Assembly: GCA_015233015.1 (NCBI GenBank)
Contig: JADFYO010000015.1
Location: forward strand, 450-64,449
DNA length: 64,000 nt
Reading direction: 5' to 3'
From: Nitrospirota bacterium
GTDB lineage: Bacteria > Nitrospirota > Thermodesulfovibrionia > Thermodesulfovibrionales > Magnetobacteriaceae
Positions within the stretch are counted from its first letter, which is position 1. Each line of letters opens with the position of its first letter. Positions 36,596 to 46,503 of this stretch are shown here, in pieces. A program made the position numbers and the translations under genes. The notes beneath the pieces were generated by a model that was not told where the DNA came from, made no database searches, and saw only the letters and a program-made list of their open reading frames with translations.

Positions 36596-37699
36596 ATGGC
36601 TGCTAAGCGAAGGCTTACAACCGGTTATCAAGCGATTTCCGGCACAGTAAGCTTTCTTTTCGATGTTCCTCTGGCGATTATTCTTCTCATTTTGGCCAGT
36701 CCCCTGATGCTCATTATAGCAATCGCGGTAAAATTGACAGACGGAGGGCCGGTATTTTATCGTGGAGACAGGCTGGGTAAAGATAAAAAGATATTTACAA
36801 TGTACAAGTTCCGGACATTAATCCCCGACGCCGAACGCATAATAGGCGCTGAGCTGTTGACATCGCAGCATAATATTGTAACTAAAGTCGGGAGATGTCT
36901 CAGGGAGACAAGGTTGGATGAGCTTCCCCAACTATATAACATCCTAAAAAGGGATATGACATTTATGGGGCCGCGCCCTGAGCGCGTGGCGATATATAAG
37001 AAGTTCTGCCAGGGTATCAGAGGTTATGACATGAGATTCACGGTACCCCCCGGGTTAATCGGATATTCCCAGCTCTTCACACCCCACAGTACACCCAAAA
37101 GAATGCGCACACTTATTGACAATATGTACATTCATAGAAAGCAGAATATCTTTGTTGACCACATCCTGGTTGTTTATACCGCATACCTGGCGCTAAAGCA
37201 TGTGCCGACTAAAGTTGTTTTCAGAGCGTCCCATGACCTTGCAATGCGCCTGATTGGACGCGGCGGGAACAAGAGATTCCATGAAAGGGTCCATCATCAA
37301 GACGCCAGAGCTTATTATGGCCATAAAAATCATTTGACACAGGTCAATACATTAGTAAATAATAAAGATAACGCCGCACACATGAATGATAGACAGATGA
37401 AGGTTTACTTCGGTAGTGACGGGCAATTTGCCGGAGAGGGCTTGTTAATAAACGTCAACGAGGACGCCTTTTTGATGTTCACTGACAAACAGGTCAAAGA
37501 CGCCGATTATTTTAAGCTTGAGATCGTGGCTAAGAATAAGAAGAAAACAGCCTATTGTGACGGTGTGATATATAAAGAATACGCCTCCGGCAATAATGAT
37601 TATCAGTATGCCTACGTTTATAACTACACGCCCGCCTCTCCATTGAACTCGTACATAATTCACCAGTATTTCCTCCACAAGAGTGTGGCTGAGGTATGA
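36596..37699 (+). CDS. priming sugar-phosphate transferase with a PilZ-like C-terminal extension, paralogue 2
   Basis: Collinear with 35345-36442. The tail carries KRFHER (RxxxR) and GEGLLINVNEDAFLM. Confidence 0.75.
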   Translation: MAAKRRLTTGYQAISGTVSFLFDVPLAIILLILASPLMLIIAIAVKLTDGGPVFYRGDRLGKDKKIFTMYKFRTLIPDAERIIGAELLTSQHNIVTKVGRCLRETRLDELPQLYNILKRDMTFMGPRPERVAIYKKFCQGIRGYDMRFTVPPGLIGYSQLFTPHSTPKRMRTLIDNMYIHRKQNIFVDHILVVYTAYLALKHVPTKVVFRASHDLAMRLIGRGGNKRFHERVHHQDARAYYGHKNHLTQVNTLVNNKDNAAHMNDRQMKVYFGSDGQFAGEGLLINVNEDAFLMFTDKQVKDADYFKLEIVAKNKKKTAYCDGVIYKEYASGNNDYQYAYVYNYTPASPLNSYIIHQYFLHKSVAEV

Positions 37700-39096
37700 G
37701 AGCGCTTATCTCTTCGGTGATTGCGCGCCCTTTAGAGTCGCTTCTGTATATTACAGTTTTACTTACCGTAGCAATAATCATGACCACCCCGTATTATTAT
37801 GTGGCTTTAATTGTGCCGCTGCTGGTACTTTTTATTATGATGTCGAACAGGAAGCCTGCCTATGTTTATTATATGATTGTTTTCCTTATCCCGTTTGGAG
37901 CATACAGAACCTTATCCGAGGCCGGCCACATAAAGATTCATTACCTGTTAGCGGTAATCCTGATTTTATATTTATTATTTAAATCGTTTAATATGCGGCA
38001 TCTGCCGTCCGAACTAAAAAGCAATTTATGGCCTTTTATGATTTCTCTCTATGTGGTAACCATTCTAACCGCTATGTACTCTCCTTATCCTGAAGACGCA
38101 TATCCTATGTTAGCCCAGTTTGCGGCCGCAATAGCGTTTATTACCATAGGGATGTATTTTATAGACAAGGAAGCCCTGGTTAAGCAAATTCCGGCTATAG
38201 TGGTATATAGCGTGACGCTGAGTTCGTTCCTTGGGGTTATAGGCTATCTCTTTAACATAGCTCTTTTTGCGCAAAAGACAGAAGTGGAGGGCGAATTTAA
38301 AAGAGGTATGGGAGGCTCTATGGACCCGAATAATACCGCCCTTATTATTCTCTTTGTCTTGCCTCTTGTGGCGGAAATGGTTACATGGGCCAAAAATCAG
38401 ACATATAAATTGTTATACATGGCTTTTTATGTAATAAATATGCTGGCTATTTATTACACGTGGTCAAGAAGTGGAGCAATTTTTGGAATTTTGATAACGG
38501 CTGTTATTTTTCTCAGGCACGTAAAGAAAATAAACGTGAATCTCATATTTTTACAAATATTTTTTGTATTGCTTATAGGAGCTGTTGTTATTGGGGCGTT
38601 GCCTGAAAAATATATGAAGCATTTTGGGAATATAACCGAATCTAAACAGGACGCGTCAATAGAAAGACGCGGTACCTATGTTACAGTTGCGTTGGATTCA
38701 TTTATGAAGCATCCTTTAATAGGGACGGGATTAGGTACGTTCAGGGATATTTATGCCGAGACCGATATTGCCCGCAAGTTTTCGAGATCTGGTGAGGACC
38801 TGCGGCGTTTCGCGCATAACACCTATCTTGAATATCTGGTTGGAGTAAGCTCCATAGGGTTATTGTGTTTTATTGCGCTGGAGCTGCGGGTGGTGCTTAA
38901 TTTCTATACAGCGAGGAAAAACTTCCTTAAAAATGGCGAAGAGTTATACGCGTCATATTCCGCGGCATATATGTTCTCATTCATAGCTGTTATATTGTAT
39001 TTGTTCATGTTTAGCGAGGCATTTCATAAAGTCTTTCTTCTGTCGGTATCGATTGCCCATGTTGCACACAGGTTATCTCTGGAGAAAAAGCAGTGA
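37696..39096 (+). CDS. O-antigen polymerase/ligase family (Wzy-like) membrane protein
   Basis: 466 aa and polytopic, with the motifs YYTWSRSGAIFG and GTGLGTF...FAHNTYLEYL. Confidence 0.75.
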   Translation: MRALISSVIARPLESLLYITVLLTVAIIMTTPYYYVALIVPLLVLFIMMSNRKPAYVYYMIVFLIPFGAYRTLSEAGHIKIHYLLAVILILYLLFKSFNMRHLPSELKSNLWPFMISLYVVTILTAMYSPYPEDAYPMLAQFAAAIAFITIGMYFIDKEALVKQIPAIVVYSVTLSSFLGVIGYLFNIALFAQKTEVEGEFKRGMGGSMDPNNTALIILFVLPLVAEMVTWAKNQTYKLLYMAFYVINMLAIYYTWSRSGAIFGILITAVIFLRHVKKINVNLIFLQIFFVLLIGAVVIGALPEKYMKHFGNITESKQDASIERRGTYVTVALDSFMKHPLIGTGLGTFRDIYAETDIARKFSRSGEDLRRFAHNTYLEYLVGVSSIGLLCFIALELRVVLNFYTARKNFLKNGEELYASYSAAYMFSFIAVILYLFMFSEAFHKVFLLSVSIAHVAHRLSLEKKQ

Positions 39097-40259
39097 TTAC
39101 GCTGTCCTCGGCGGTTTTTGTGCTTTCAGCCCTGATGATTATCTCGTTTTTTTTTCTTAATCCCCTGCTTATATATATTTCGTATCTGATAAGTTCAAAA
39201 AAAGAACCAATATTCAAACCATTCTCAGCGTCCATATCTTTAATAATCGTTGTTCATAATGGAGAGAAACAAATCGCGGCAAAGCTGGATAATTCACTTT
39301 CTCTCGATTATGGAACTGAAGATTATGAGATAATAGTGGTCTCCGACGGTTCTACCGACAAGACCGATGAGATAGTTAAAGGATATAAGGACAAACACAT
39401 ACGCTTTATAAGGATGGACGGGCACATCGGGAAATATGCAGGAATGAACGCGGCGGCAGAGGCGGCAAAAGGAGAGATTTTGGTCTTTTCCGACGCCGAC
39501 GGCATGATCTCCATGGGTGCGATACCTGCCCTTCTCAGACACTTTTCCGACCTCGGCATCGGAGGTGTTTCAGGACTTCGTGTCATAGGCGAGAGTGGAA
39601 ACCTTAAAGACGCCCAGCGTTTCTATGTTAGTTTTGACTCCGGCATTAAAAGAATGGAGAGCCTTACGGGAAGCATCTCATCGAATGAAGGCAAACTCTA
39701 CGCCGCCAGAAAATCGCTCTATACGCCGGTTCCCCCCTCCGTCACAGACGACACCTTTGTCCATCTTGCGATTGTAAGGCAGGGCTACAGGTTTATTTTT
39801 GAGAATAACGCCACTGTTGTGATTAATACGCCGTCAAGAAATCCCCAACACGAAATCATACGGCGTAAGAGGATTGTTACCACAAGCCTCAGGGGAATTG
39901 CAATTCATAGTGAGCTTTTAAACCCATTTAAATACGGGGCATTTTCTATTCATCTTTTTATCAACAAGGTGTTGAGGCGTTTCCTTCCGGTTTTTTTGAT
40001 CACCCTGTTTATAAGTTCCCTGATGCTGGCATATTTAAACATATCATTTGCCGTATTTTTTGGCCTTCAGACGGCGTTTTATGCCTCCGGTATATTTTAC
40101 CTGCTGGTATTGTCCCGAATTAGAAAGATTAAACTGATTACGCGCTTATTTTCAGTTGCGTTTTACTTTCAGTTAGGAAACTATGGTACACTACTTGGGT
40201 TGATAGATTTTCTGAGAGGAAAAGAGGTCGTTAAATGGGTACCGCTGAAAAATGACTGA
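39093..40259 (+). CDS. membrane-associated family 2 glycosyltransferase
   Basis: Motifs are SLIIVVHNGE, VVSDGSTDKT and FSDADG, with N- and C-terminal TM helices. Confidence 0.8.
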   Translation: MITLSSAVFVLSALMIISFFFLNPLLIYISYLISSKKEPIFKPFSASISLIIVVHNGEKQIAAKLDNSLSLDYGTEDYEIIVVSDGSTDKTDEIVKGYKDKHIRFIRMDGHIGKYAGMNAAAEAAKGEILVFSDADGMISMGAIPALLRHFSDLGIGGVSGLRVIGESGNLKDAQRFYVSFDSGIKRMESLTGSISSNEGKLYAARKSLYTPVPPSVTDDTFVHLAIVRQGYRFIFENNATVVINTPSRNPQHEIIRRKRIVTTSLRGIAIHSELLNPFKYGAFSIHLFINKVLRRFLPVFLITLFISSLMLAYLNISFAVFFGLQTAFYASGIFYLLVLSRIRKIKLITRLFSVAFYFQLGNYGTLLGLIDFLRGKEVVKWVPLKND

Positions 40260-41376
40260 AAAATCTGCCGTTTCACCGGCTGTTTTGATAATTTCGTTAG
40301 CAAAGCACTATGGGGGCGCGGAGGTGCGGGTTATAGAGACGGCCGAGCTTCTTCATGACAAATGCCGTTATGGAGTTGTAACAATGAAAGGCTCCCCTAT
40401 AGAGCAGAAACTTCGGGATAGGGGACTCAATACGTTTCCTATTTCTACCAGCAAGGCAAGCCCGTCCATTCTTCTCAGCATTTGTAAGATAATCATGGAA
40501 GGCGGTTTTAACGTTGTTGACGCCCATAGTCCGCAGGGTCAGTTTTGGGGACTGTTGGCGGCCATTTTAACCCGAACGCCGTTTAAGGTATGCACAGTCC
40601 ACAGCAGTTATGGCCTGACAGAAAAGGGAATAAGGAAATTGCTTTATGTGATGGTTTTAAGGCTGAATATGTTTTTTGACATCCCTTTTGTGTCCGTATC
40701 GGAGGCGGTAAGCACTTATCTCACTGGTCTTGGCGCAAAGCAGGACAGGGTAACGCTTATCCGCAACGGTATTTCGATGCCTGACTCCGGTCAGATAGAC
40801 GCACTCAGGGAAAGACAGAGGACTGCCTTCGGCTTAAAGAAAGACGATTTTGTCATAATCAGCGTGGGGCGTCTGGAGCCGGTAAAAGGCCATATCTATT
40901 TATTAGAAGCCGTTAACACCCTCAAAGGCCGCTATGCAATAAAATGTTTAATCGTTGGCGACGGGCGTGATTTTAATTCGTTAAATGAGCGAATAGCGGC
41001 ACTGGGCATATCGAACGAGGTGAGGCTGCTTGGATTTCGCACCGATGTCGATGAGCTGCTTCCTATGGCGGATGTCTTTTGCATGCCTTCTCTGTCTGAG
41101 GGACTGCCATACGCGCTTTTAGAGGCATGTGCCGCGGAACTGCCCATAGTGGCCTCAAATATCGGGGGCATGGCTCATCTGCTGAAAAATGGGGAAACGG
41201 CGATTTTGGTACAGCCTGAGAATGTCCTTGAGCTTGTCAATGCGCTAGTGTATATAAGAGATAATCCCCTTAAGGGTAAGGCGATGGGCAAAGAGGCGTA
41301 TGCGGTAGTTAAAAATGAATTCTCGATAGAAACCATGCGCGGGCATATGCTCGATGTGTATGGGTTAAGGGGGTAG
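40252..41376 (+). CDS. family 4 (GT-B) glycosyltransferase
   Basis: The EX7E region is SEGLPYALLEACAAELPIVASNIGG. Confidence 0.85.
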   Translation: MTEKSAVSPAVLIISLAKHYGGAEVRVIETAELLHDKCRYGVVTMKGSPIEQKLRDRGLNTFPISTSKASPSILLSICKIIMEGGFNVVDAHSPQGQFWGLLAAILTRTPFKVCTVHSSYGLTEKGIRKLLYVMVLRLNMFFDIPFVSVSEAVSTYLTGLGAKQDRVTLIRNGISMPDSGQIDALRERQRTAFGLKKDDFVIISVGRLEPVKGHIYLLEAVNTLKGRYAIKCLIVGDGRDFNSLNERIAALGISNEVRLLGFRTDVDELLPMADVFCMPSLSEGLPYALLEACAAELPIVASNIGGMAHLLKNGETAILVQPENVLELVNALVYIRDNPLKGKAMGKEAYAVVKNEFSIETMRGHMLDVYGLRG

Positions 41377-41384
41377 GAGGACAG

Positions 41385-42398
41385 ATGGGCAGGAAAATTA
41401 TATGGGCACTATTGATGCTGCTATTAACTCAAGGCGTTTCGGCAGCACTTGAGCAGGGGAGTTTACCGGGGAATTGGCGGCCATTTTCAGACGACTCACC
41501 GTGGAATAAGCCGATACCGGCCGATGCTAAAACTCATACAGACTCTGCTGTGATAATGAAAACCATTGTTTCCGAGGCTAAGAACATACGTCTGACCAAG
41601 ATTTACGCCTACCCTATATGGGTTGTCAATTCAAAAAAGGTCCCGCTGACAAAGGTCAGAAGCACAAGAATATACGACACATGGGATAAGAAGAGGACTG
41701 GCATAAGCGATGTGGCAATCCCTGTGACAAGGGAGATGTGGGGAGAGCCTACCGATGACGGCCACATTTGCATTGTCGATCCGGCAGCCGGACTTTCATG
41801 GGAAATGTCCGTATATCATTGGAGAAAAGACGATGAAACCCCTCGCTGCAACACATTTAACATCTGGAACCTGAAAGGTAAGGGTGTAGGAAATCATAAA
41901 GAGAGCGAAAGGTGGTATCTGATAGGCGGACGTGGGTCTGGCTTCCCGCTAATCGCAGGCGTTATACGTCCAGAGGAGCTTAGACAGGGTGAGATAAGAC
42001 ATGCTATGATCTTTACGTTTCCTAAGAACAGGAAACCGGACAGGGGCGACGCCATATTTATTTCGCCGGCTGCCAGAAGCGACGGTGCGGTTAAGGGCGT
42101 TGAATATCCTATCGAGGGAATGCGCTTCCAGCTTAATCCAGCCCTGACCGATAAGGATTTCGATAGTTGGGGGTTAAACAGGGAAGGAAAGATTTTGGCC
42201 AGAGCACTGCAAAAATATGGGATGTTCCTCGGCGACAATGGCGGAGCAATGGCGCTTCAGGCACAGCTTCTTGCCCCTGATTCAAATGAAAACCAGGAGA
42301 AGTGGAGCAGTTTATTCCCGGGTTTTTATAGAAATGTCGAAAAAATACCAACAGATCGGTTTCGTGTAATTTATACCGGCGAACCAGTGGTCAAATAG
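41385..42398 (+). CDS. secreted hypothetical protein in the EPS locus (possible glycan-active enzyme)
   Basis: The signal peptide is LLMLLLTQGVSAA. No family recognised. Confidence 0.45.
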   Translation: MGRKIIWALLMLLLTQGVSAALEQGSLPGNWRPFSDDSPWNKPIPADAKTHTDSAVIMKTIVSEAKNIRLTKIYAYPIWVVNSKKVPLTKVRSTRIYDTWDKKRTGISDVAIPVTREMWGEPTDDGHICIVDPAAGLSWEMSVYHWRKDDETPRCNTFNIWNLKGKGVGNHKESERWYLIGGRGSGFPLIAGVIRPEELRQGEIRHAMIFTFPKNRKPDRGDAIFISPAARSDGAVKGVEYPIEGMRFQLNPALTDKDFDSWGLNREGKILARALQKYGMFLGDNGGAMALQAQLLAPDSNENQEKWSSLFPGFYRNVEKIPTDRFRVIYTGEPVVK

Positions 42399-42428
42399 CG
42401 GTATCACATGCGATAATACAGGGGGCAT

Positions 42429-43475
42429 ATGCGTTTTCAGTTCATGGATATCGCTAAAGGGATTGGTATAGCGCTTGTGGTATTTGGACACAGCGATCTG
42501 CTGCCAGACATTAAATCCCCTGAGTCCTATATTTATATAAAAAGAATAATCTATGTCTTTCATATGCCGCTTTTCTTCGTCATTTCCGGGTACTTATTAG
42601 TAAGCAATATAAATATTGCAGACAATTTGTCCGATTACTATTCGTTTGTAAAGAAGAAGTCGGCAAAATTGCTTTTACCTTATATGTCAATATCTATAGG
42701 TCTGATTGTCATAAAGCTGATAGGCCGGATGTTTACGCATATACAGTATCCTGTGGACAGGATGTCATTTTATAATTTGTTTCTGCAGCCGGACGAAGGG
42801 GCTGTGATGCACTTATGGTTTGTTTATGTTTTATTTATGATGTATGTGACTGTTCCATTATCTTACAAGGTATCACATAATATTAATATAGTCATGGCCG
42901 GCTCATTATTGTTATTATTATTTGCATGGCCTTCTGTTTTTGAACTAAATAACTTATTAGAACACCTTCCATTTTTTATCGGCGGGATTATCTTCTACAG
43001 GTACGATTTGTTAAATAAATGTAATCCGTATATCGCCTTATTTTCTTTATTAATTGTCTTTATCGCCGGAGTATCTCTGATGAACATGGCCCCTGATTAT
43101 TGGAAACTGACTTATTGGGAGCTTTCTTATAGTTATAAGATAATAAAGACAGTTACCAGTTTATCGGGTGCATGTATGGTTATATTTGTGTCGATAATAA
43201 TAGTTTCACTGAATGATTGTCTGGCTATGCCTGAATCAATATTGAGATTGTTCGGCATATACTCTGCTTCCATTTATTTTCTACATACCTTCTTTCTTGG
43301 AGCTGTCAAGGTATTTATTGTCAGGATTATGCATGTAGATACAAGTTTTTGGTTACCCATGACGGTTAAGTGTCTGGCAGGGCTGCTTTTACCTGTCATC
43401 TTCGAGAAATATATCCTTGACCGTACGCCATTAATAAGGAAATACCTGATTGGCGTCAGTAAGCCGGTCAGATAA
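42429..43475 (+). CDS. acyltransferase family 3 membrane protein
   Basis: The N-terminus is MDIAKGIGIALVVFGH, and the protein has about 10 TM helices. Confidence 0.7.
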   Translation: MRFQFMDIAKGIGIALVVFGHSDLLPDIKSPESYIYIKRIIYVFHMPLFFVISGYLLVSNINIADNLSDYYSFVKKKSAKLLLPYMSISIGLIVIKLIGRMFTHIQYPVDRMSFYNLFLQPDEGAVMHLWFVYVLFMMYVTVPLSYKVSHNINIVMAGSLLLLLFAWPSVFELNNLLEHLPFFIGGIIFYRYDLLNKCNPYIALFSLLIVFIAGVSLMNMAPDYWKLTYWELSYSYKIIKTVTSLSGACMVIFVSIIIVSLNDCLAMPESILRLFGIYSASIYFLHTFFLGAVKVFIVRIMHVDTSFWLPMTVKCLAGLLLPVIFEKYILDRTPLIRKYLIGVSKPVR

Positions 43476-43492
43476 TCAGGGGGCCGCGTCTG

Positions 43493-44872
43493 TTAACCTT
43501 TTGTATGCCTTCGTTTCGTTGATTTCACAGGGCTGTGCTTTACGGCTTTGTGTCTTATGCCGCTGTGTTTTACCTGCTTCGTATCTCTATGTGTAACATT
43601 ATTGTGCGTCACTTCTCTGTGCTGCATGTCTGACGGGGGGAGATATACTAATGTCCCTTCGCTGAGTTTAGAGTTTATGGATGTGCCGTTGATTTCGGCC
43701 AATATGTCCTGAGGCATGTGTAATTTTTTCGAAATCTTCTTTATGGATTCGCCCTTCTTTGCCAGATACTTATCCAGCGTGTAGCGTTGGTGATCTGGGG
43801 TATTTTCATATATCAGCCTGAAATCATCCTTCATGCCCTGGGGCACTCTCAACCGGTATTTCGATACATCGGGAGGGAGGCACCATTGTTTCAACTCGGG
43901 ATTCAGATCCCTTATTTTCGCCGTCGATATACCGGCCACTTTGGCGATAAAATCCAATGTAGCAGGAGGTTCTACTACTACGATGTCATACTCGAGCGGG
44001 GTTTCATATTCGAGATCGTTAAAGCCATACCTCTCCGGCTCTATCGCTATCTCCTTTGCCGCTATAAACCTGGGCACGTAGAGTTTTGTCTCCTTTGCTA
44101 TAAGCCCCGTTGTGATAAGAGACCAGTAACTGTCGGTGTTTGCCATTTTCATGGCCTTTTCTATTTTTACCTCGCCGGCGTTATATGCCGCGAGTGCCAA
44201 ATCCCATGAGCCGAACTTCTCGTAGAGAAACCTAAGATACTTGGACGCCGCGTAAGTGGATTTAACCGGGTCCTGCCTCTCGTCAACCCAATAGTTTACC
44301 TTTAGATTGTAATCACGCGCTGTCCCGGCTATGAATTGCCACGGCCCGGCTGCTTGTGCCGGTGATTTCGCAAAATTATTGTAGCCGCTCTCTATCAACG
44401 GCACATATACAAGTTCCTCGGGCAAATTATTTTCTTTCAGGATTGTCTTCATCACCGGCAGGTATTTTGAACCTCTGACCAGCCATTGATTGAATTTTTT
44501 CTTTATCGTATCGGCAAAAAACGTCAACTGTGCTGAAACCGCCTCTGCGGCGTTTGTGTCATCCCCGTACTGAGTAAACTTTGTAAAGCCGCCCCGTAAC
44601 AGCATCTCTTCCTTCCTGATAGAGCCGTCACAGTCTTCCTGGGCGGGCAGTGGGTGCAGAGGCACCGAGATAAAAGAATGCTCCATTATCGACTCTGAAT
44701 ATGTTATGCCCTTAGTCGATAGATCGCTTACGCTGCGGTGCGGCAGATTATCCTGAAGAGTGCCTGGTACGTTGCTCATTGCTTCTGTATCTGTGAATAA
44801 AGCCTCTGATTTTACGGGCATTATTAATATAAGTAAAGACAAGACTGCGGCACTGAAAATAGTCCTGTACAT
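43493..44872 (-). CDS. MltD-like lytic transglycosylase with LysM repeats
   Basis: The SLT core is PLIESGYN...AAGPWQF...ALAAYNAG. Two LysM-like C-terminal repeats follow. The start is taken at MYRTIF (44872), which is preceded by GGAGG and gives a signal peptide. Confidence 0.8.
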   Translation of the reverse strand: MYRTIFSAAVLSLLILIMPVKSEALFTDTEAMSNVPGTLQDNLPHRSVSDLSTKGITYSESIMEHSFISVPLHPLPAQEDCDGSIRKEEMLLRGGFTKFTQYGDDTNAAEAVSAQLTFFADTIKKKFNQWLVRGSKYLPVMKTILKENNLPEELVYVPLIESGYNNFAKSPAQAAGPWQFIAGTARDYNLKVNYWVDERQDPVKSTYAASKYLRFLYEKFGSWDLALAAYNAGEVKIEKAMKMANTDSYWSLITTGLIAKETKLYVPRFIAAKEIAIEPERYGFNDLEYETPLEYDIVVVEPPATLDFIAKVAGISTAKIRDLNPELKQWCLPPDVSKYRLRVPQGMKDDFRLIYENTPDHQRYTLDKYLAKKGESIKKISKKLHMPQDILAEINGTSINSKLSEGTLVYLPPSDMQHREVTHNNVTHRDTKQVKHSGIRHKAVKHSPVKSTKRRHTKG

Positions 44873-45101
44873 AAAGAAAATACCTCCTTGGCTGCACAGC
44901 CGGCAAATACATGACATAAACTTATTGGGTATTAATGTGGCAAAACCGCCAGAGCTTGTAATAAAATTACATATTCCGATTGTTTTTGTCAAGTGTATTT
45001 TTGCGTTTATTTTCGTCTATTGCCATTTGTCTGCCGGATTTGATAGATTATAGGCAGAGCCGATATGGATAAATCTATGAAATTTGTCACGCTGAATTGG
45101 A

Positions 45102-46460
45102 TTGTGCGGGGGTGCCGGAATGATTGAGATGCACTTTGGAAATATGCTGGAAGAGATAATCGGAGACAAAGGCCTGTCCCTGGTCGAGATAGAAGGGATT
45201 CGCGAAAAGACTGCCTTCGCGCACAGCCAAATACAGGGGAGGAAATGGGATGAGCTTGCCTTTATAGATCTTGTCAATCAGGACACGGCCGAAATCAGGG
45301 AGCTTGCCGGCAGCATTGCCGCTAACTCAGATCTTTTTCTTTTGCTTGGCATTGGCGGCTCTGCCATGGGTCCGCGCGCGATACTCGAGGCGCTTCAGCC
45401 CATGCACAACTTCAGGAATCACCCTAAGATCTTCATTTATGACAACATTGACCCGAGAACTCTGGAAGCTATCATCGAAATCATTGACCCTCACAGGACA
45501 ACCATTAACGTAGTCTCAAAATCTGGAAACACTGCCGAGACCGTCGCGTCGTTTATGATCTTTTGGGCGCACATGAATAAGGCTATTGGCAAGGAGGCCG
45601 CAAAAAGATTTATCATCACTACTAATCCTGAAGGCGGGATTCTCCGGCAAATTGTCAGGGAAAATAATCTTATGAGTCTCCCGATACATCCTTCCATTGT
45701 CGGGCGCTACTCCGTGCTCAGCCCCGCGGGACTACTCCTGTCGGAAATTGCCGGAATTAGTTCTGACGAGCTTCTGCTTGGCGCTAAGGACATTCTGGCC
45801 AAGTGCTCCAATGCTGAATTATGGGAGAATCCGGCATACTTATTTTCTGTCTTATTATACCTTATGTGTGTAAAAGAAAAGCGGACAGTCAACGTTATGA
45901 TGCCCTATGCCGACGGCCTGAAGTCCCTTTCAGAATGGTTTTGCCAGCTTTGGGCGGAGAGTTTGGGAAAACTTGGCCTTGGCATAACTCCATATCCTGC
46001 CGTGGGCACTACAGACCAGCACTCACAGCTCCAGCTCTGGATGGAAGGCCCGGAGGACAAGGTCGTCATTTTTATCCGCATAGACGATTACGGCTCCAAT
46101 GTTCGTATTCCAAAGGTTTTCGGAAAAATTGAGGAGTTCGGATTACTATCGGGGCAGTGCCTGAATGATCTTATAAACGCTGCCGCCAAGTCCACCGAGC
46201 TGGCGCTTGCTCACGCCTCTAAGCCCAACATCACTATAACCATGCCGGTGCTGGATGCCTACCACGTAGGGCAGCTTTTTATGTTTTTCCAGATTTGCAC
46301 CACATTTATGGGTTTTCTCTTCGGGGTAAACCCGTTTAATCAGCCCTGGATTGAAGCGGGGAAGCATAACACCTTCGGTCTGCTCGGCAAACCCGGGTTT
46401 CAAAAACAAAAAGAAGATGTCGAGCGTATGGCGAAAAGAAATGCCTGTTGGAAATTGTAG
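45102..46460 (+). CDS. pgi: glucose-6-phosphate isomerase
   Basis: Motifs are LGIGGSAMGP, VSKSGNTAET and GTTDQHSQLQL. The exact start is uncertain (possibly MIEMHF at 45120). Confidence 0.85.
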   Translation: MCGGAGMIEMHFGNMLEEIIGDKGLSLVEIEGIREKTAFAHSQIQGRKWDELAFIDLVNQDTAEIRELAGSIAANSDLFLLLGIGGSAMGPRAILEALQPMHNFRNHPKIFIYDNIDPRTLEAIIEIIDPHRTTINVVSKSGNTAETVASFMIFWAHMNKAIGKEAAKRFIITTNPEGGILRQIVRENNLMSLPIHPSIVGRYSVLSPAGLLLSEIAGISSDELLLGAKDILAKCSNAELWENPAYLFSVLLYLMCVKEKRTVNVMMPYADGLKSLSEWFCQLWAESLGKLGLGITPYPAVGTTDQHSQLQLWMEGPEDKVVIFIRIDDYGSNVRIPKVFGKIEEFGLLSGQCLNDLINAAAKSTELALAHASKPNITITMPVLDAYHVGQLFMFFQICTTFMGFLFGVNPFNQPWIEAGKHNTFGLLGKPGFQKQKEDVERMAKRNACWKL

Positions 46461-46503
46461 ATAAGCCGCAGCCAATCGGAGATATTCAAATGGGAGGTGT
46501 CTG

